Shown here: piece after piece, positions 1 to 10,855 of the stretch | How positions within the stretch are numbered: position 1 is the stretch's first letter | Layout: each line of letters opens with the position of its first letter | Assembly: GCA_965203465.1 (NCBI GenBank) | Contig: CBDBCR010000001.1 | Span: 576,001 to 640,000, forward strand | Direction: 5' to 3' | From: Nitrosopumilaceae archaeon | GTDB taxonomy: Archaea; Thermoproteota; Nitrososphaeria; Nitrososphaerales; Nitrosopumilaceae | Length of the DNA: 64,000 bases | Position numbers and translations under genes: made by a program | The notes under the pieces: generated by a model | Told to the model about the DNA's origin: nothing | The model's input: the letters and a program-made list of their open reading frames with translations, nothing else | Databases searched by the model: none

Positions 1-1252
1 CCAGCGCGACAACGCGCGCCTCATAGACACGCTGACAAAGCTGCGCGACCTCGGCAACACGGTGATAGTGGTGGAGCACGACGAGGAGGTGATGCGCAGC
101 TCCGACTGGCTCGTGGACATGGGGCCCGGCGCCGGCAGGCACGGGGGCAGCGTGGTCTTCGAGGGGACCGTCGGCAGCATGGTAAGGAAAAAAAACTCGC
201 TCACCGGCAAGTACCTCAACGACAGCTCGATAATACGCAGGGAACGCGCGCCGCGGGGGGGCCGCTCGCTGACGGTGCGCGGCGCCGAGGCCAACAACCT
301 CAAAAAGATAGACGTAAAGATACCGCTCGGCCAGATGGTCGTGGTCACCGGCGTGTCCGGGTCGGGCAAGTCCACGCTGGTAAACGACGTGCTGTACAGG
401 GCCGTGCACGCCGAGTTCTACTACGGGTACAGGCGGCCCGGCAAGCACGCGGGGATAGACGGCGTCGGGCTCCTCTCGGACGTGGTGGCCATAGACCAGT
501 CGCCGATAGGCAGGACGCCGCGCTCCAACCCGGCCACGTACATCGACGCGTTCTCGCCCATACGGGCGCTGTTCGCCGAGACGCCGCTGGCTAGGGAGCG
601 GGGGTACGCGTCGGGCCAGTTTTCGTTCAACACGCCGGCCGGCCGGTGCTTTGCGTGCGACGGCGACGGGGTCAAAAAGATAGAGATGCAGTTCCTCGCC
701 GACGTGTTCGTAAAGTGCGACGAGTGCGGCGGCAAGAGGTACGACAGCGAGACGCTGGCGGTCAGGTACAAGGGCAAGAACATATCCGAGGTGCTGGACA
801 TGACCGCCGAGGAGGCCCTCGAGTTCTTCGGCAACGTGCGCGCCGTGAAGCGCAAGCTGCAGACGCTCAACGACGTGGGGCTGGGGTACATACGGCTGGG
901 CCAGTCCTCCACGACGCTGTCGGGCGGCGAGGCGCAGCGCGTAAAGCTGGCCTCGGAGCTTTCAAAGTACCAGACCGGAGAGACGCTGTACATACTCGAC
1001 GAGCCGACCACCGGCCTCCACTTCGCCGACGTCGAGAGGCTGCTCGCCGTGCTCGACAGGCTGGTGTCCATGGGCAACACCGTGCTGGTCATAGAGCACA
1101 ACATGGACATCATACGCAACGCCGACTGGGTGGTGGACCTGGGCCCCGAGGGGGGCGAGGAGGGCGGCAGGGTGGTGGCGGAGGGCACGCCCGAGCAGGT
1201 GGCCCGCGCGCCGGGCAGCTATACGGGCAGGTACCTCAAGAAGGCGCTATGA
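1..1252 (+). CDS. uvrA: Excinuclease ABC subunit A (C-terminal part, truncated by window start)
   Basis: GVSGSGKS Walker A, CxxC...CxxC zinc finger, [12 protein letters not shown] signature, [11 protein letters not shown] Walker B. Confidence 0.97.
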   Translation, partial: QRDNARLIDTLTKLRDLGNTVIVVEHDEEVMRSSDWLVDMGPGAGRHGGSVVFEGTVGSMVRKKNSLTGKYLNDSSIIRRERAPRGGRSLTVRGAEANNLKKIDVKIPLGQMVVVTGVSGSGKSTLVNDVLYRAVHAEFYYGYRRPGKHAGIDGVGLLSDVVAIDQSPIGRTPRSNPATYIDAFSPIRALFAETPLARERGYASGQFSFNTPAGRCFACDGDGVKKIEMQFLADVFVKCDECGGKRYDSETLAVRYKGKNISEVLDMTAEEALEFFGNVRAVKRKLQTLNDVGLGYIRLGQSSTTLSGGEAQRVKLASELSKYQTGETLYILDEPTTGLHFADVERLLAVLDRLVSMGNTVLVIEHNMDIIRNADWVVDLGPEGGEEGGRVVAEGTPEQVARAPGSYTGRYLKKAL

Positions 1253-2844
1253 TCCCGGCGTTCGCGGCAGAGGCGCCGCCCCAGACCGGCATCTACATCA
1301 TGCGCGACGCGGCCGGCGGGGTCATCTACGTGGGCAAGGCCAAGAACCTGAAGAACCGCGTCCGCTCGTACTTTTCGGGCCGGACCGACTACAAGACAGG
1401 CAAGCTCGTCGAGCGCATAGCCGACATGGAGTTCGTGCTGACCGACAGCGAATCCGAGGCGTTCGTGCTCGAATCGAACATGATAAAGCGGCACCGGCCG
1501 CGCTTCAACATGGAGCTCAAAGACCAGGAGCGCTACACGTACCTGCGGCTCACCGACGAGCAGTACCCGCGCCTGGCCGTGGCGCGCAGGGCGCGCGGCG
1601 GCGTGCTCCCCGGGGCCGGCAGGGTGTACGGGCCGTTCACCCACGGCAGCTCCAAGCTGCTCACCGTCGGCTCGCTGCGCAAGGCCTTCAAGATACGCAT
1701 CTGCAAGCCGCTGCCCAAGAAGGTGTGCCTAGAGTACCACCTCGGCAACTGCGAGGGGCCGTGCGAGTTCGAGCGGGCCCGGCAGAGCTACCCCGGCCAC
1801 GTCAGGGACCTGGAGGGCGTGCTGTCCGGCGGCGACTCGGCGGCCGGGTTCGTGCGGTGGCTGGAGGGGCAGATGCGCGCCGCCTCGGGGTCGCGCGACT
1901 TTGAGAGGGCCATCGAGATCCGCGACACGCTCAAGAGGCTCTCTGCGCTGCGCGCGCCGCAAAAGATGGATTCGCCGGGCGGCGCCGACGAGGAGTACTT
2001 TGGCGTGTCGGTGCGCGAGCGCCGCGCGGTGGTCATGACGTTCCGCAAGACGGGCGGCCTCATACGCGACAGCGACAGGTTTTCGTTCGATGTCATGGCC
2101 GACAACACGTTCGGCAACTTTGTGTACCAGTACTATACCACCCGGCCCATACCGGCCCGCGTGCTGGTCAGCAGGCGGCCGGAAAACGCCCGCGCCCTGG
2201 CAAGGGCGCTCTCCGATAGGGCCGGCCAGGAGGTGTCCATAAGCGTGCCGCGCAGCGGGCCCGAAGCCGAGATGATGGCCCTGGTCATGCGCAACATCGC
2301 CCTGATACGCTCAAAGGGCGGCGCCGATCCGGCCCTTGCGCGCCTGCAGGAGCGCCTGCGCCTGCCCTCGCTCCCGAGGATCATAGAGTGCTTTGACGTA
2401 TCGAACCACGGCGACGAGTTCGCCGTCGGCGCCATGTCCAGGCTGATCGACGGCAGGCCGGACAAGTCGGGGTACAGGCGGTTCCGCATAAAGACGGTGT
2501 CCGGAAGGGACGACTTTGCGATGATGGCCGAGATAGTCGGGCGCAGGTACCTGCGCCTGTCCAGGGAAAAGTCGGAGATGCCGGATCTAGTGCTGGTGGA
2601 CGGCGGGCGGGGGCAGCTGAGCTCTGCGCTGGGGGCGCTGCGCAAGGCCGGCGCCGACATACCGTGCGCCGCGCTGGCAAAACAGAACGAGGAGGTGTTC
2701 ATGCCGGGCCGCGGCGTGCCGGTGCGCATGCGCAGCACCGACCCCGCCCTGCACGTCCTGCAGAGGGCGCGGGACGAGGCGCACAGGTTCGGCGTGGCGT
2801 ACAACCACGCGCTGAGGAAAAAAATGCAGAAAATGGCTAGTTGA
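1249..2844 (+). CDS. uvrC: Excinuclease ABC subunit C
   Basis: ATG at 1249 overlaps the uvrA stop (ATGA). GIY-YIG motif (GIYIM...[16 protein letters not shown]), ECFDVSN and [11 protein letters not shown] RNase H-like domain, RDEAHRFG. Confidence 0.95.
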   Translation: MIPAFAAEAPPQTGIYIMRDAAGGVIYVGKAKNLKNRVRSYFSGRTDYKTGKLVERIADMEFVLTDSESEAFVLESNMIKRHRPRFNMELKDQERYTYLRLTDEQYPRLAVARRARGGVLPGAGRVYGPFTHGSSKLLTVGSLRKAFKIRICKPLPKKVCLEYHLGNCEGPCEFERARQSYPGHVRDLEGVLSGGDSAAGFVRWLEGQMRAASGSRDFERAIEIRDTLKRLSALRAPQKMDSPGGADEEYFGVSVRERRAVVMTFRKTGGLIRDSDRFSFDVMADNTFGNFVYQYYTTRPIPARVLVSRRPENARALARALSDRAGQEVSISVPRSGPEAEMMALVMRNIALIRSKGGADPALARLQERLRLPSLPRIIECFDVSNHGDEFAVGAMSRLIDGRPDKSGYRRFRIKTVSGRDDFAMMAEIVGRRYLRLSREKSEMPDLVLVDGGRGQLSSALGALRKAGADIPCAALAKQNEEVFMPGRGVPVRMRSTDPALHVLQRARDEAHRFGVAYNHALRKKMQKMAS

Positions 2845-3505
2845 CCTGTATGGTGCCTATCATCCACGGGTGGAGCTGGCACAGGTACGGATAGTCGCCC
2901 GAATCGTCGAACGTCCATTCGAACGTGTCGCCTGCCATCATCAGGCCGCTGTCGAACCCGTTGGGGTAGTCGAAGCCTATGGCCGAAGAGTCCTCTGACA
3001 GATCGCCTGCGTTGACCATGTGGATCAGGCTGTCGTCGTTCGTCCACACGACTGTGTCGCCCGCGTTGATCTCGACGCTGAACGGATCAAAGCACGCGTC
3101 GTCAGCCTCGCAACCCGGAATCCCAGTTCCCTCGGGTATGCTGATCTGAGTTATGGTGCTGGCCCCGTCCATCGCTTCGTCCATCATCATGGCCTCGTCC
3201 ATAGAGTCGTCCATCGCTTCGTCCATCATCATGGCCTCGTCCATAGAGTCGTCCATCGCTTCGTCCATCATCATGGCCTCGTCCATAGAGTCGTCCATCG
3301 CTTCGTCCATCATCATGGCCTCGTCCATCATGGCATCTTCTGCCATGGTGTCCTCCATCATGACGTCCGTCGTGGTATTGTACGCGACCGGCTCGGCCGT
3401 AGGCTGCGCTGCCTGCTCAGAGGCCGGGCCTAGAGCCGCGATTCCCACCGCGACTAGCACTATGCCGATAGACCAGCCGATTGCCGCCTTGTCTACTGTT
3501 CCCAT
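2837..3505 (-). CDS. Membrane-anchored plastocyanin/cupredoxin (type 1 blue copper) protein with Met/Asp-rich linker
   Basis: N-terminal TM segment, GDTVVWTN, His in LIHMV, C-terminal CQLHPWM copper ligands. Confidence 0.9.
   Translation of the reverse strand: MGTVDKAAIGWSIGIVLVAVGIAALGPASEQAAQPTAEPVAYNTTTDVMMEDTMAEDAMMDEAMMMDEAMDDSMDEAMMMDEAMDDSMDEAMMMDEAMDDSMDEAMMMDEAMDGASTITQISIPEGTGIPGCEADDACFDPFSVEINAGDTVVWTNDDSLIHMVNAGDLSEDSSAIGFDYPNGFDSGLMMAGDTFEWTFDDSGDYPYLCQLHPWMIGTIQVN
3167..3328. repeat. In-frame 42-bp tandem repeat, nearly 4 copies, encoding DEAMMMDEAMDDSM
   Basis: Unit tcgtccatcatcatggcctcgtccatagagtcgtccatcgct starts at 3177, 3219, 3261 and partially at 3303. Confidence 0.95.
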
Positions 3506-3586
3506 TGGCGCGCCCGCCGGACGTGTCTAAATAAATTTAACTAGCGGATCGAGGCCTCTGGCCGACGCGGGCGAGGCCCGCGCGCC

Positions 3587-5179
3587 CTACGCCGCCCGCC
3601 GGACGTGGTATATGGCAAGGTCCCGGTTGTCCGATATGTGAAAGTCGGCCCCCCGCTCGAACTCGAACCCCGCGCCGCCCGACACTTGTTCGTACAGCGC
3701 CTCGCCTATCACGAGGCCGTTGGGGCGCGCAAAAGAGTTGATTTTTGAGCACGCGTTCACCGTCGAGCCGAATATGTCCTTGGTCTCGGAAGTGGACATT
3801 TTCGCGACGCTGACGGGCCCCAGAGTGGCGCTGACGCGGTAGTCGACGTTCGGCAGGCCCTTTTCGTCGAGCAGGCGGCACAGGCTGCCGTGGTGCTCGC
3901 ACATCTGGACGCAGCACTCCAGCACCTCCCCCGCCCTGCCGGCCGGAAAGCAGAACAGCAGCGCGTCGCCCACGTTCTTGACCACGGTGCCCCCGTGCCT
4001 GCCCACTATCGAGGCCATCGAGTTGATGAACGCGGCGTACAGCGAGGCGGACTCGTCGTCCGAGAGCGGCATGCACACGCGCGTCGAGCCCCGTATGTCC
4101 ACGAAGCAGACGCACGCCTCCTCGGTCCGGTCGGAAAACCGGAGCAGGATGTCCTCCTGCTGGCTGATTATCTCCTTTTGCTTGACCAGCGCGATCTCGG
4201 ACTCTAGGAGCCGCGCGGCCATCGCGTCGAACGAGCGCGACAGGTCTCCGATCTCGTCGGACGAGCGTATGCCGGTGCGCACCTCGAAGTTGCCGCGCTC
4301 CACCTCGCCGACGGCCCGCCTCATGCGGCGCAGCGGGTAGGACAGGCGCCTCGAGAGCATGTACGAGACGGCGGCTAGCGCGCCGGTGACCGAGAGGCCG
4401 GCTACCGCCATGTCGCGCTCCAGCTCCAGCAGCGGCGCGAGCATGTCGGACTCTGCGAGCTCTGCGACCGCCGCGTACCCGTACTCGGGCCGGCAGTACG
4501 CCGAGCCCACCGTCCGGCCACCGGGCCCCGCGTACGAGGCCGTCCCGCCGCCGAGGGGGCACATCTGCTCGAGCGGCGGCGGCGGGCCGGGCGGCAGGCT
4601 CGCGCCGCCCGAGATCAGCCGCAGGGCCGGGCCCCCCTCGCCGTCTACCATGCGCCCGACCGCGGCGGTCCCGGTCGCAGCTGCCAGCACGCCGCCGCCC
4701 TCGAGCGGCAGCGCGATCAGCAGGACTGTTCCCCCGCCGGGCCCCCCGGCGAACCCGGCCAGCCTGCCGGACGCAAGCGATCTTACAAGCTCCGCGTCGG
4801 CCAGCGCCGCCCCGCCGTCCAAGTCCAGCCGCTTTTCCATGCCCGGGCCGAAGACGGCCGCGTCGAGCAGCTCCGTCCTGCCCCCGTACGATGACTGGAA
4901 CGCCGTCAGGTTGACCTGGGCGTTGACCGTCTGGCCGCCCTCCGAGGCCAGCACGACTGCCGGATCGCCGGCAAGCTGCGAGAGGGCCACTATTCGCGAC
5001 TCCACCAAGCTGCCCACTGCCAGGCCCATCTCGCGTGACTGGCCCTCGAGCGTCTCTGCGGCCCTCTCGCGGAGCATGCCGTCTATGAGGCCCAGCGAGA
5101 GGACGGCAGTCGAGAGGGCGGCGAGGGCCGCCACCGCGAGCGCGAAAAAGACCAGTTTCTTGTCTAGGCTGAATTTCAC
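3587..5179 (-). CDS. Membrane-bound class III adenylate/guanylate cyclase with sensor and HAMP domains
   Basis: Two TM segments, HAMP (PLRRM...DEIGDLSRSFDAM), cyclase motifs FVDIRGST, KNVGDAL, DIFGSTVN. GTG start at 5179 inferred from a TATA-like box near 5203. Confidence 0.88.
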   Translation of the reverse strand: MKFSLDKKLVFFALAVAALAALSTAVLSLGLIDGMLRERAAETLEGQSREMGLAVGSLVESRIVALSQLAGDPAVVLASEGGQTVNAQVNLTAFQSSYGGRTELLDAAVFGPGMEKRLDLDGGAALADAELVRSLASGRLAGFAGGPGGGTVLLIALPLEGGGVLAAATGTAAVGRMVDGEGGPALRLISGGASLPPGPPPPLEQMCPLGGGTASYAGPGGRTVGSAYCRPEYGYAAVAELAESDMLAPLLELERDMAVAGLSVTGALAAVSYMLSRRLSYPLRRMRRAVGEVERGNFEVRTGIRSSDEIGDLSRSFDAMAARLLESEIALVKQKEIISQQEDILLRFSDRTEEACVCFVDIRGSTRVCMPLSDDESASLYAAFINSMASIVGRHGGTVVKNVGDALLFCFPAGRAGEVLECCVQMCEHHGSLCRLLDEKGLPNVDYRVSATLGPVSVAKMSTSETKDIFGSTVNACSKINSFARPNGLVIGEALYEQVSGGAGFEFERGADFHISDNRDLAIYHVRRAA

Positions 5180-5294
5180 GGTACGAAACGCGCACGGACG
5201 GTTATAAAAGGCGCGTCTTGTCAAAATAGGGGACACCTTTGGTGTAGAAAATTCTGCCACGCCCTTTTTGTCCTTTGCCGGCAAGGGGGTGCCC

Positions 5295-5453
5295 GTGGAG
5301 ACGCGCTTTGCCAGGATGGTGGACGAGCTGGTCGTGCTCGCAGAGGACGATCGCGAGCTGGCAGAGGGGCTGCGGTGGCTGGACAGGAGGGCCCGCGAGC
5401 GGCGCGTCAGCTTTTACGACGCGGTCTTTGATGTGCTCTACGGGCGGGGTTAG
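5295..5453 (+). CDS. Small hypothetical protein
   Basis: Protein-like ORF filling the gap between the cyclase and citrate synthase; start uncertain. Confidence 0.65.
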   Translation: METRFARMVDELVVLAEDDRELAEGLRWLDRRARERRVSFYDAVFDVLYGRG

Positions 5454-6610
5454 CGCAGGTCCAGTTCGGTGTACTTGCAGCCGTCCGGCCCGCAGTACTT
5501 GCCCACGTAGACTGCCTTGGGCCGGTACAGCGCCGGCTTGGGGGCCGCCTCGGCGAACTTTTCCTCTATGATGTGCGCGGCCCACCCGGCCGCGCGCGAG
5601 ATGGCGAAGATGGGCGTGTTCAGATCCATGGGTATGCCCATCATGTAGTATATGGACGCGCTGTACAGGTCCACGTTGGGGTAGATGTCCATCCCTTTGC
5701 GCTCCTTCATCTGGCTCACCGTGACGCGCTCGACCTCCTGCGTGATGTCGAACCAGGCGTCCCCGGTCTTTGCCGCGAGCTTGCGCGACATCTCCTTGAG
5801 CACGCGCGCGCGCGGATCGTAGGTGCGGTACACCGCGTGGCCCATGCCCATCACCCTCTCGCCCGCGTCCATGCGGGCGCGTATCCAGCCGTCGACGGCG
5901 CCGACCGACTTTATGTCCAGCAGCATCTTCATGACCTCGTAGTTGGCCCCGCCGTGCAGCTCGCCGCTCAGGGCCCCGATGGCCGCGCTGGCGGCAGAGT
6001 ACATGTGGGCCCGGGTGGAGGCCACCTGCCGCGCGGCGAACGTGGACGCGTTGAAGGTGTGATCGGCGTGCAGTATCAGGCAGACGTCGAATATGCGGGC
6101 CGTCTCGGGGTCGGGGATCTCGCCGGTCAGCATGCGCAGAAAGTTGGCCGCGTGGCCGAGATCCGGATCCGGATCCACGACGGGCAGCGCGTTGCGTATG
6201 CGCTGCCAGCTCGCAACGATGGTCGGCACCTTGGCTATCAGGTTGATGGACTTGTCGTAGCTGGACTCTTTGTTGTGGAACTCTTCGTCGTAGTACCCCG
6301 CGAGGGCGGCCACGAACGCCTGGAGCATGTCCATGGGGTCGGCGTCGCGGCGCCAGTTGCCCATGTTGGTCTGCATCTGCTTGGGTATCCAGCGCGCCTC
6401 CTTCAGCTTTGACTCAAAGTCGGACAGCTGCGCCCTGTTGGGCAGCTCGTCGTGCAAAAGCAGGTACGCGGTCTCTTCAAAGCTGGACTTTTCCACCAAG
6501 TCCCGTATGTTGTAGCCGCGGTAGATCAGCTCGCCCACGTCGCCGCGTATGTTCGAGACGCGCGTGTCGGCCACGGGTATCCCGCGCAGGCCTGTGTTCT
6601 TGGTCTCCAC
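5450..6610 (-). CDS. gltA: Citrate synthase
   Basis: HADHTFNASTF, LHGGAN, GMGHAVY...DPRA, YPNVDLYS motifs. Confidence 0.96.
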   Translation of the reverse strand: METKNTGLRGIPVADTRVSNIRGDVGELIYRGYNIRDLVEKSSFEETAYLLLHDELPNRAQLSDFESKLKEARWIPKQMQTNMGNWRRDADPMDMLQAFVAALAGYYDEEFHNKESSYDKSINLIAKVPTIVASWQRIRNALPVVDPDPDLGHAANFLRMLTGEIPDPETARIFDVCLILHADHTFNASTFAARQVASTRAHMYSAASAAIGALSGELHGGANYEVMKMLLDIKSVGAVDGWIRARMDAGERVMGMGHAVYRTYDPRARVLKEMSRKLAAKTGDAWFDITQEVERVTVSQMKERKGMDIYPNVDLYSASIYYMMGIPMDLNTPIFAISRAAGWAAHIIEEKFAEAAPKPALYRPKAVYVGKYCGPDGCKYTELDLR

Positions 6611-6697
6611 GGCGCCCCCCGCGCGCCGGATCTATATCTTTTTTGGCCCGGGGCGGCGCCGCATGGTAATTATTGGCGCCCACGGGCCGGCGCGCAG

Positions 6698-7414
6698 ATG
6701 GGCTTTCCGGAAGCCGAGGTCTTTGAGACCCGCAGGGCCGAGTACAACAGCCCAACCATCTTCGCCGGCTTCGTGGGGGCCGGCCAGGTGGGCCCGCTCG
6801 CGGCGGGCCAGATAGTGCGCGCCATGGGCATGCGCGAGGTCGGCTACATGCGGTCGGGCCACCTGCCGCCCTCGACGGTTTTCCAGAACGGCAGGCTGCG
6901 GCACCCGTTCCGCTTCTACGCCACCCCCGACGGCGCCGCGTGCGCCATAGTCTGCGAGGTGACCCTGAAGGCCGAGGGGCTCTACACGATAGTCTCTGGG
7001 ATACTGGACTGGGCCGAGTCAAAGGGCGCCGGCGAGTTCGTGATACTCGACGGGGTGGCCTCCGACTCGCACGACCAAAAGGCGTACTGCGCGGCCGAGG
7101 AGGACCTGTGCCGGGTCATGGCCGACAAGGACATCGAGATGATACCAAAGGGGTTCATCACCGGCGTGCCCGGCGGCATACTCAACGAGTGCCTGATGAG
7201 GAAGATACGCGGCATCGCGCTGCTCGCAAAGGCGCACAGCGAGAGGGCCGATCCGGCAGCCGCCATAACGCTGATCGACGCCATAAACAGGTTCTACGGC
7301 GCGCGGATGGGCACCGACGAGCTGCGCAAGGAAGAGGAGATGATCGAGGAGTTCCGCGAGATATCGGCAAAGTACGCGGAGCACCGCCAGGAATATTCCG
7401 GCATGTACATGTAG
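6698..7414 (+). CDS. PAC2-family proteasome assembly chaperone
   Basis: GFVGAGQVG, PFRFY, GFITGVPGGILNEC, DPAAA motifs; ATG at 6698. Confidence 0.85.
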   Translation: MGFPEAEVFETRRAEYNSPTIFAGFVGAGQVGPLAAGQIVRAMGMREVGYMRSGHLPPSTVFQNGRLRHPFRFYATPDGAACAIVCEVTLKAEGLYTIVSGILDWAESKGAGEFVILDGVASDSHDQKAYCAAEEDLCRVMADKDIEMIPKGFITGVPGGILNECLMRKIRGIALLAKAHSERADPAAAITLIDAINRFYGARMGTDELRKEEEMIEEFREISAKYAEHRQEYSGMYM

Positions 7415-7447
7415 GATTTTTAAGAGAAGCTGGGCCCGCGCGGCGCG

Positions 7448-8461
7448 GTGAAGCTGACCTACAAAAAGGCCGGGATCGACGTGCGCGCCATAGATTCCGC
7501 CCTGTCGGCGGTGGGCAGGCACGTGCGCTCGACGCACCGGCTCGGGCCGGGCAGGGTGCTGGACGGGTTCGGCGGGTACGCCGGGACGGTGCGCGCGCCC
7601 GGCGGCGCCGAGCTTGCGTTCCACACCGACGGCGTGGGCACCAAGGCGCTGGTCGCATCGTCGCTCAAGAGGTACGACACGGTGGGCATAGACTGCGTCG
7701 CGATGAACGTCAACGACATCGCCTGCGTGGGGGCCGTCCCGCTGGCGTTCGTGGACTATGTGGCGGCCAGCAGGAACGACGGCCGCGCCCTCGAGCGGAT
7801 AGCCTCGGGCCTAGCCCGCGGGGCGAAAGAGGCCGACGTGCCCATAGTCGGGGGCGAGACGGCCGTCATGCCGGACATGATCCGGGGGGGTGGGTTTTCG
7901 TTCGACCTTGCCGGCTCGGTGGCCGGGCTGATCCCGGACGGGGGGCGCATCGACCCAAAGTCCATCAAGAAAGGCGACGCGATAATCGGCGTCGAAAGCT
8001 CGGGGCTGCACTCCAACGGCTACACTCTCGCGAGGAGGGCGCTGGAGGGCCTGCCGTACTCTGCAAAAGTCGGCCGCCGGAGCCTCGCCGACGCGCTGCT
8101 CTGCCCGACGCGCATATACTCGGGCCCGGCCCAGAGGGCCGCCCGAAAGTTCGAGGTGCACGGCATGGCACACATAACGGGGGGCTCTTTTGCGAAACTG
8201 ATGCGCCTCAAGAAAACCGGGTACACGCTCGATTCCATGCCGCCGCCCCCTCCCATAATGGATCTGATAGCCTCGCGCGGCGTCGGATCCGCGGAGATGT
8301 ACAGGACGTTCAACATGGGCGTGGGGTTCTGCATCGTGGCCCCCGAGAGCCAGGCGCGCGGCATCCGGGCCGTGTTTTCGAGGCGCCGCATGCGCAGCTG
8401 GGTGGTCGGCACCGTCTCGGGCGGGCCCGGCGTGCGCGCAGGCGGCGTAAAGGTGGCCTGA
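7448..8461 (+). CDS. purM: Phosphoribosylformylglycinamidine cyclo-ligase (AIR synthase)
   Basis: YKKAGID, TDGVGTK, GGETA, SSGLHSNG, AHITGG, TFNMGVG. Confidence 0.96.
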   Translation: MKLTYKKAGIDVRAIDSALSAVGRHVRSTHRLGPGRVLDGFGGYAGTVRAPGGAELAFHTDGVGTKALVASSLKRYDTVGIDCVAMNVNDIACVGAVPLAFVDYVAASRNDGRALERIASGLARGAKEADVPIVGGETAVMPDMIRGGGFSFDLAGSVAGLIPDGGRIDPKSIKKGDAIIGVESSGLHSNGYTLARRALEGLPYSAKVGRRSLADALLCPTRIYSGPAQRAARKFEVHGMAHITGGSFAKLMRLKKTGYTLDSMPPPPPIMDLIASRGVGSAEMYRTFNMGVGFCIVAPESQARGIRAVFSRRRMRSWVVGTVSGGPGVRAGGVKVA

Positions 8462-8611
8462 CGGGGCGGATTGGCCAGATCGCGCCCGCCCGCTCCGGTG
8501 GGCCGAGGCGGAGGAAGGCGCTCGGTGGGGGGGGGGTGGACGAATTTCGGGATACTACAAAACCGCCCGGCCGGGTAATCGCCTTATATAACCGGCCCCC
8601 GGCGCCTCCCC

Positions 8612-9865
8612 GTGGCAGCGGAAGCCGAATTCGTCCAGATAATAGTGGGCATCGGGATACTGCTCTTTGCGGCAAAGCTCATGGCGGAGCTGTTCTTGCG
8701 CCTAAAGCTGCCCATCGTGCTCGGCGAGCTGCTCGCCGGCATGATAGTGGGCCCGTTCGCCCTGGGCTCGTTCCTCACGTGGGACGGCCAGCATCTGCTC
8801 GAAATCGGGCCGGAGCTGAGGACGCTCGGGCAGATGGGCGCCATAGTGATACTGTTCATGGCCGGCCTCGAGATGACGCCGAAGGAGTTCATCAGGGGCG
8901 GCAAGGCCTCGTTCACGGTCGGCACGCTCGGCGTGGTGGTGCCGTTCTTCGTGGGCCTGCTCGCGTTCCAGTCGTTCGGCTACGACGCGCTCCAGTCGAT
9001 GATGATAGCCACGGCGCTGACCGCGACCAGCATCGCCATATCGATACAGGTGCTCAACGAGTTCGGCAAGATAAAGACGCCCGAGGCCAGGCTCATAATC
9101 GGCGCGGCCGTCATAGACGACATACTCGCCATAGCGGTGCTCTCGGTGGTCTCGTCGATCGCCGCGGACGGCAGCATAGACGACATCAGCATCACCGACG
9201 TGACGCTGACCATACTCGAGGTGCTCGGCTTCTTCGCGGCCATGCTGCTCGCCGCCGTGTTCCTGGTCCCCAAGATGGTCAGCCAAAAGCTGTGGAAGGC
9301 GCGGGGGGGCATAGAGGGGATAGTGACGGCCGTGTTCTTCGGCGCCGCGGCCCTGGCCGGATCGCTGGGCCTCTCGCCGATAGTCGGCGCGTTCGCCGTC
9401 GGCATGGCGCTCTCGACCACCAAGGTCTTCGAAAAGGTGGAGGACTACATAGGCAAGGTCGGCCTGATATTCGCGCCGCTCTTCTTTGCCATCATCGGCG
9501 CGGAAGTGGACTTTACAAAGATAGACGCCAACATACTGATGCTAAGCGGCATAGTCATAGTCATAGCGGTGGCCACAAAGATGCTCGGCTGCGGGCTGCC
9601 CGCCGCGTTCTTCCTCAAGGACCGCAGGCAGGGCATGCGCGTCGGCATAGGCATGGTCTCGCGCGGCGAGGTGGGCCTCATAGTGGCCGGCGTGGGGGTA
9701 TCGCTGAGCATACTGACCCCCGAGGTCTACTCTACCATCATACTGATGGTGGCCGTCACCACGATAATCACGCCGCTGTGGCTAAAGGTAGAGTACCGCC
9801 GGGAGGCGGCGAGGGGCGGGGGAGGCGAGCCTGCCGACGCGAAGCTGCCCGATCCAAAGGGCTAG
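8612..9865 (+). CDS. CPA2-family cation:proton antiporter
   Basis: About 12 TM helices; ATSIAI, AAVIDDI and RGEVGL motifs. Confidence 0.92.
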   Translation: MAAEAEFVQIIVGIGILLFAAKLMAELFLRLKLPIVLGELLAGMIVGPFALGSFLTWDGQHLLEIGPELRTLGQMGAIVILFMAGLEMTPKEFIRGGKASFTVGTLGVVVPFFVGLLAFQSFGYDALQSMMIATALTATSIAISIQVLNEFGKIKTPEARLIIGAAVIDDILAIAVLSVVSSIAADGSIDDISITDVTLTILEVLGFFAAMLLAAVFLVPKMVSQKLWKARGGIEGIVTAVFFGAAALAGSLGLSPIVGAFAVGMALSTTKVFEKVEDYIGKVGLIFAPLFFAIIGAEVDFTKIDANILMLSGIVIVIAVATKMLGCGLPAAFFLKDRRQGMRVGIGMVSRGEVGLIVAGVGVSLSILTPEVYSTIILMVAVTTIITPLWLKVEYRREAARGGGGEPADAKLPDPKG

Positions 9866-9931
9866 CGCCCTTGGCACTATGAGGCGATTTTTTACCACTA
9901 GTTTAAATATAGGCGGCGCCCCACCACGCGC

Positions 9932-10837
9932 GTGAAGGTCTTGGCGCTTGCAGCGGCGGCAGCGTTCCTGCTCGCAGGATCGGCGGCCTCGGCCCAAGAG
10001 GCGCCGCCGTCTTGGGTGCGCGAAAACGCCGGGTACTGGTCCGAGGGGATACTGGACGACGCCGCGTTCCTCGACGGGATAAAGTACCTGATAGACAACG
10101 GCATAATGACGGTGCCCCGCACCGACGTGGAGGCCGCGCCGGGCGACGGGGCGGTCCCGTCGTGGATAAAGAGCAACGCGGCCCTGTGGGCCTCGGGCCA
10201 GCTGGACGACGCCTCGTTCATGGGCGGCATCGGGTACCTGGTGGGAGCCGGCGTCATCGCGCTAGATCAGCAACGGGACGCGGGCAGCCCGCCGTCCGGA
10301 TCTGAGCCGTCCGACTCCGAGCTGGCCCGCCTGCAGGCGGAGCTGGACGCGTGCGACGAGATCAAAAAGGCCGTAACCCGGCTGGACTGCCAGGACGGGG
10401 CGCGCCACGCCATCGCGGTCTATTCGTACAAGTCCCAGTACGAGCCGCTCAGCGTGGGCCCGATCAACTACTACTGGGGCGGCATCGGCAGCGAGGGCAA
10501 CGAGTTCGAGATCAGCCCGACCGGCCAGGCCCTCCTGTCCATACGCATGCTGGCCGAGAACACCTCGTCGGAGAACGTCGCGCTCGCCTGCACCAGCCCT
10601 CAGATCTGCGCCTACGACGTCTGGGACGGGCAGTCGGAGTTCAAGTATTCGGGAATGGACTTTACCAACGGCCAGATACTGGTGAGGCCCGGCGACGCCA
10701 AAGAGTTCAACATGCTCTTCGGGCCCGACATAGGGTACGGCGGGACGCAGTTCGTCTACGATCCGGGAAGGGACTACGTGTTCCGGATAAGCGAGGGGTT
10801 CGGCAGCGCTTCGGTGCCGCTGGGGCTCGGCAGATAG
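9932..10837 (+). CDS. Secreted/surface protein with two thaumarchaeal PSWIK-type repeats
   Basis: Signal peptide; two PSW(V/I)xxNAxxWxxGxLDDxxFxxGIxYL repeats. Confidence 0.8.
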   Translation: MKVLALAAAAAFLLAGSAASAQEAPPSWVRENAGYWSEGILDDAAFLDGIKYLIDNGIMTVPRTDVEAAPGDGAVPSWIKSNAALWASGQLDDASFMGGIGYLVGAGVIALDQQRDAGSPPSGSEPSDSELARLQAELDACDEIKKAVTRLDCQDGARHAIAVYSYKSQYEPLSVGPINYYWGGIGSEGNEFEISPTGQALLSIRMLAENTSSENVALACTSPQICAYDVWDGQSEFKYSGMDFTNGQILVRPGDAKEFNMLFGPDIGYGGTQFVYDPGRDYVFRISEGFGSASVPLGLGR

Positions 10838-10855
10838 CCTCCCGGAGAAGCGGCA

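Noticed and set aside
646-1248. Long N-terminal extensions in the ORF track (uvrC, lysS, elp3, hisF, cdnC, ATPase, SAVED effector)
   Set aside because: They overlap neighbouring genes; motif-bearing sequence begins at the coupled starts given above
8527-8536. G10 homopolymer upstream of the antiporter
   Set aside because: Intergenic and about 45 bp upstream of the TATA-like box; no evidence of function
6940-9882. 980-aa ORF and many other long Arg/Gly/Ala-rich ORFs (for example 38889-41792, 50072-52024)
   Set aside because: Alternate-frame or antisense shadows of real genes in high-GC DNA, with no recognisable motifs
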